Shown here in pieces: positions 61,700 through 64,000 of a stretch of 64,000 bases of DNA. The DNA is from Raillietiella orientalis. Lineage: Eukaryota. The stretch's first letter is position 1, and each line of letters starts with the position of its first letter. Location: the NCBI GenBank assembly GCA_036172245.1, contig JAYWIR010000017.1, positions 2,356,001-2,420,000 of the forward strand. The letters run 5' to 3'. The translations under genes and the position numbers were made by a program. The notes under the pieces were generated by a model. The model saw nothing but the letters and a program-made list of their open reading frames with translations. It was not told where the DNA came from and made no database searches.

Positions 61700-64000
61700 T
61701 TGCTTCAGCGGCCGTCCTCCCCCGCCATCCTCGGGGACAGAATGGACCACGGCAAGGGTGCGCTGCGTGCGGCGCGGCGCCGCTGCCACAAGATTGCGCT
61801 CGCGTGCGTTCCGGGGAGGGACGCTAGTAACCGAGGCGACGGGATGGCGGGCGGTTCCAACCCGGTTCCGAGAATAAGGGAGGAGGCCGCCCAGAAAAAT
61901 TCTTTCTTCTTCCTCCCTCGCTCCTCCGTTTTCTCGGAAAAGAAAGCTCCCCTCCTCGGAACGCCCCGATCTCAGGGTGGGGGATGCACCCCGAGGGAAT
62001 TCTCGGAAGAGATCTCCTCAAGGAAGCAAATCTAGGAAGCAGCGAAACGCGAGGGGCGGGGCAGTGGAGCCGCACGCGGAAAATCAGACTATAGGAGGGG
62101 GGGGAGGCGGGAACTGCTCGCTGCGGCTGGTCGATGATGTTACGCCCCCACCCCGACCGACCGTCCGCAGACTCTGGTAGCCGAAAGCGACGCTCTCCAC
62201 CGGTCGCGCACACCCAGGTCAAGACGACACCAGGGGCGACACGGGTGGCAGCCCAGGAGCTCACCGCCGCCCTCCTGCGCTGCGATCCCGAGAGGCGCCC
62301 ACCCGGCTCAGCTCAGCTGCTGGACTGCGCGGCAGCAGCCGCCGCACGCTTCGGTTGCGGCGGCGGCGGCGGCTGCAGCGGAGGAGGCGGTGATGAGCGA
62401 AGGGCCGTCAGAATCTCCCGGAGGGCGAAGCGCAGCCCGCGCGCGCACGGTGCCGGCGGCGGGCGACGGGTCACCTGGCGTCACGTCCACCGCAGCCCTC
62501 CCGAAGGTTCCACGGCGATTAAGGGGGAGGAGAAGCGTCAAGCCAGCTCGTCTCCTCTCGTCGTCCCACGTGCGGCGGCAGCGGCGGCGCCCGGAAGACC
62601 CGCGCGACCGCCGCGCGTCCACCTCCGGACCCGCTGCAGGAACGACCCGGCGAGCGGCAGCGAGGGAGGAGCGCAATCGTGACGCAGACGCGCGCTCTGT
62701 GTGTTCTTCCCTTTCTTTCTTCCCCCCCTCTTCCCCACTTTTTCGTCCCTCCTCCCGTTTTTTTTTTCCAGTCGACCTCGGCGTCTTCTCGGAGTGTCCA
62801 GACTGGCGGATCCTCTAGGACGCACGCGAACGACTGCCGTGCTAGAAGCGGCGATGGAAGAAATTAAAAAAAAAGAAAAGAAAGAAAAAGGCTCTCTCTA
62901 TCTGACGCGCGCGCGAGAGAGCGAGCGAGCAAGATAGAGGGGCAGCAAGCAGCGTTCTTGCCCAGCCCACCTTCGCCCCCAAGAAGCGGCGCGACTACCA
63001 ACGCGAAAGGGAAAGAAAGGAAAAAAAATGGCGGTTGCACGTTCTCTGGGGGCGCACGCGTTGGTTGCCCCGGAGACGCGCGTCACCTGGGTAAGCAGAG
63101 GACCCGGAAGCAGCGTGCGACGCGGTGGCGGTGCAGGCGGGGGTGTCGCCCTGGGCTGAGACGCCCGTGGAGGTCTCTCCATAATTCACCTCGCGGGCGG
63201 AGCGCGGCGCCGGCCCTCCCCGCACTCGGGCAGACGACGGGCCGACGGGCCTCGGGGCCGCCTCCGGAAACTCCGGGTGTCGGCGGCTCTCAGCCTGGGG
63301 TGTTTGGCCGGCTTGGACCGAGGCACGTGGCCAGAGACGGGAGGAGAATGGCCGGGTCACTCCAGAAGCTGCCCCGGGGGAGGGCGGTCGCGAGCGCCCA
63401 TGCGACTTCGGGGGCTGGAGAGGCGGCCCGATCCTCGGGTCGTCCCGAACCCCCCTTACCTGCTCTCTACCCCCGCTACACCTCGTGAACCCATTGCCAC
63501 GAGTCAGGAGCGAGTTTCCTCGCGTCGTGCCTCGGGCGGTTGCCGACCACACGAGGGAGAGGTCTGGTCCCTTTGGGGTCCCGTCCCTGTCTCAGAGCCT
63601 TTGGGCCTCGGAGTCTGCTCCTAAGGCAGCGCCATATCGACGTGGGGAAAGGTCATGGCGAGGTCTACGAACCTCCCGGGGGCCTTTCCAACTCAACCCC
63701 GATCCTCCTCACCCTTCGCTACGGGGCGATAGTCCAACGCAGCAGAGCCTCTCGGTGGGCCGGGCGCCCGTGCTCATGCCAGGGAAGAGGGGAGAGGGGG
63801 TACATCTTGTGTGATCCGTGGCTTCCCCCCGTAGTTCCCCCGGCTCAGTTTCTCCAGGAAGCCGCCCGAGGCAGGGCCCGGACGGAGGGGGTGCCTCGGA
63901 ACCCCCTCGCCGGGAGCCTTCCTCCCCGCCCTTTGAACCGCCTGGGCCGGGGGGCCGCGTCCTTTCTGATTACCCGCATGCCCACCCCCTCCTTTCCTCG
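61700..64000. other. GC/CpG-rich island of unknown nature (possible promoter/5' region or young TE end)
   Basis: Abrupt rise in GC with (GGC)n runs. A polypyrimidine tract ends in TTTTCCAG (~62770) and a donor-like G|GTAAGC occurs at ~63090. The overlapping ORFs are low-complexity with no recognisable domain. Confidence 0.45.

Noticed and set aside
63126..63143. LTR primer-binding site TGGCGGTGCAGGCGGGG
   Set aside because: Not preceded by an LTR-ending CA, and no paired LTR or gag was seen.
62134..63814. Overlapping Arg/Ala/Gly/Pro-rich ORFs as genes
   Set aside because: Expected from stop-codon scarcity at high GC, and no recognisable domain.

Overview
This is a eukaryotic window with no intact protein-coding gene, rRNA, functional tRNA or CRISPR array that I can support. 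It reads as a transposable-element graveyard. It holds about 20 decayed non-LTR (mostly L1/Tx1-like) ORF2 fragments on both strands, two Ty3/Gypsy pol relics, a CMC/EnSpm-like transposase relic and a pogo-like MITE. There are also three copies of a ~0.8-kb tRNA-headed (A/B box) SINE-like element, a 41-bp tandem repeat, and a GC-rich island at the right end. The most striking structure is a four-level nest at 38.8-42.6 kb. A ~400-bp inverted repeat has its right arm interrupted by the tRNA-headed element, that element is interrupted by an L1/Tx1 3' fragment, and the fragment carries an exact 300-bp internal inversion. The window also shows an excess of long perfect hairpins (14-18 bp stems) and several polarity switches inside TE relics, which points to frequent template-switch or micro-inversion mutagenesis. 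All protein-family calls come from eye-matching degenerate motifs across frameshifts. No database search was run, TE boundaries are approximate unless stated, and the organism cannot be identified.
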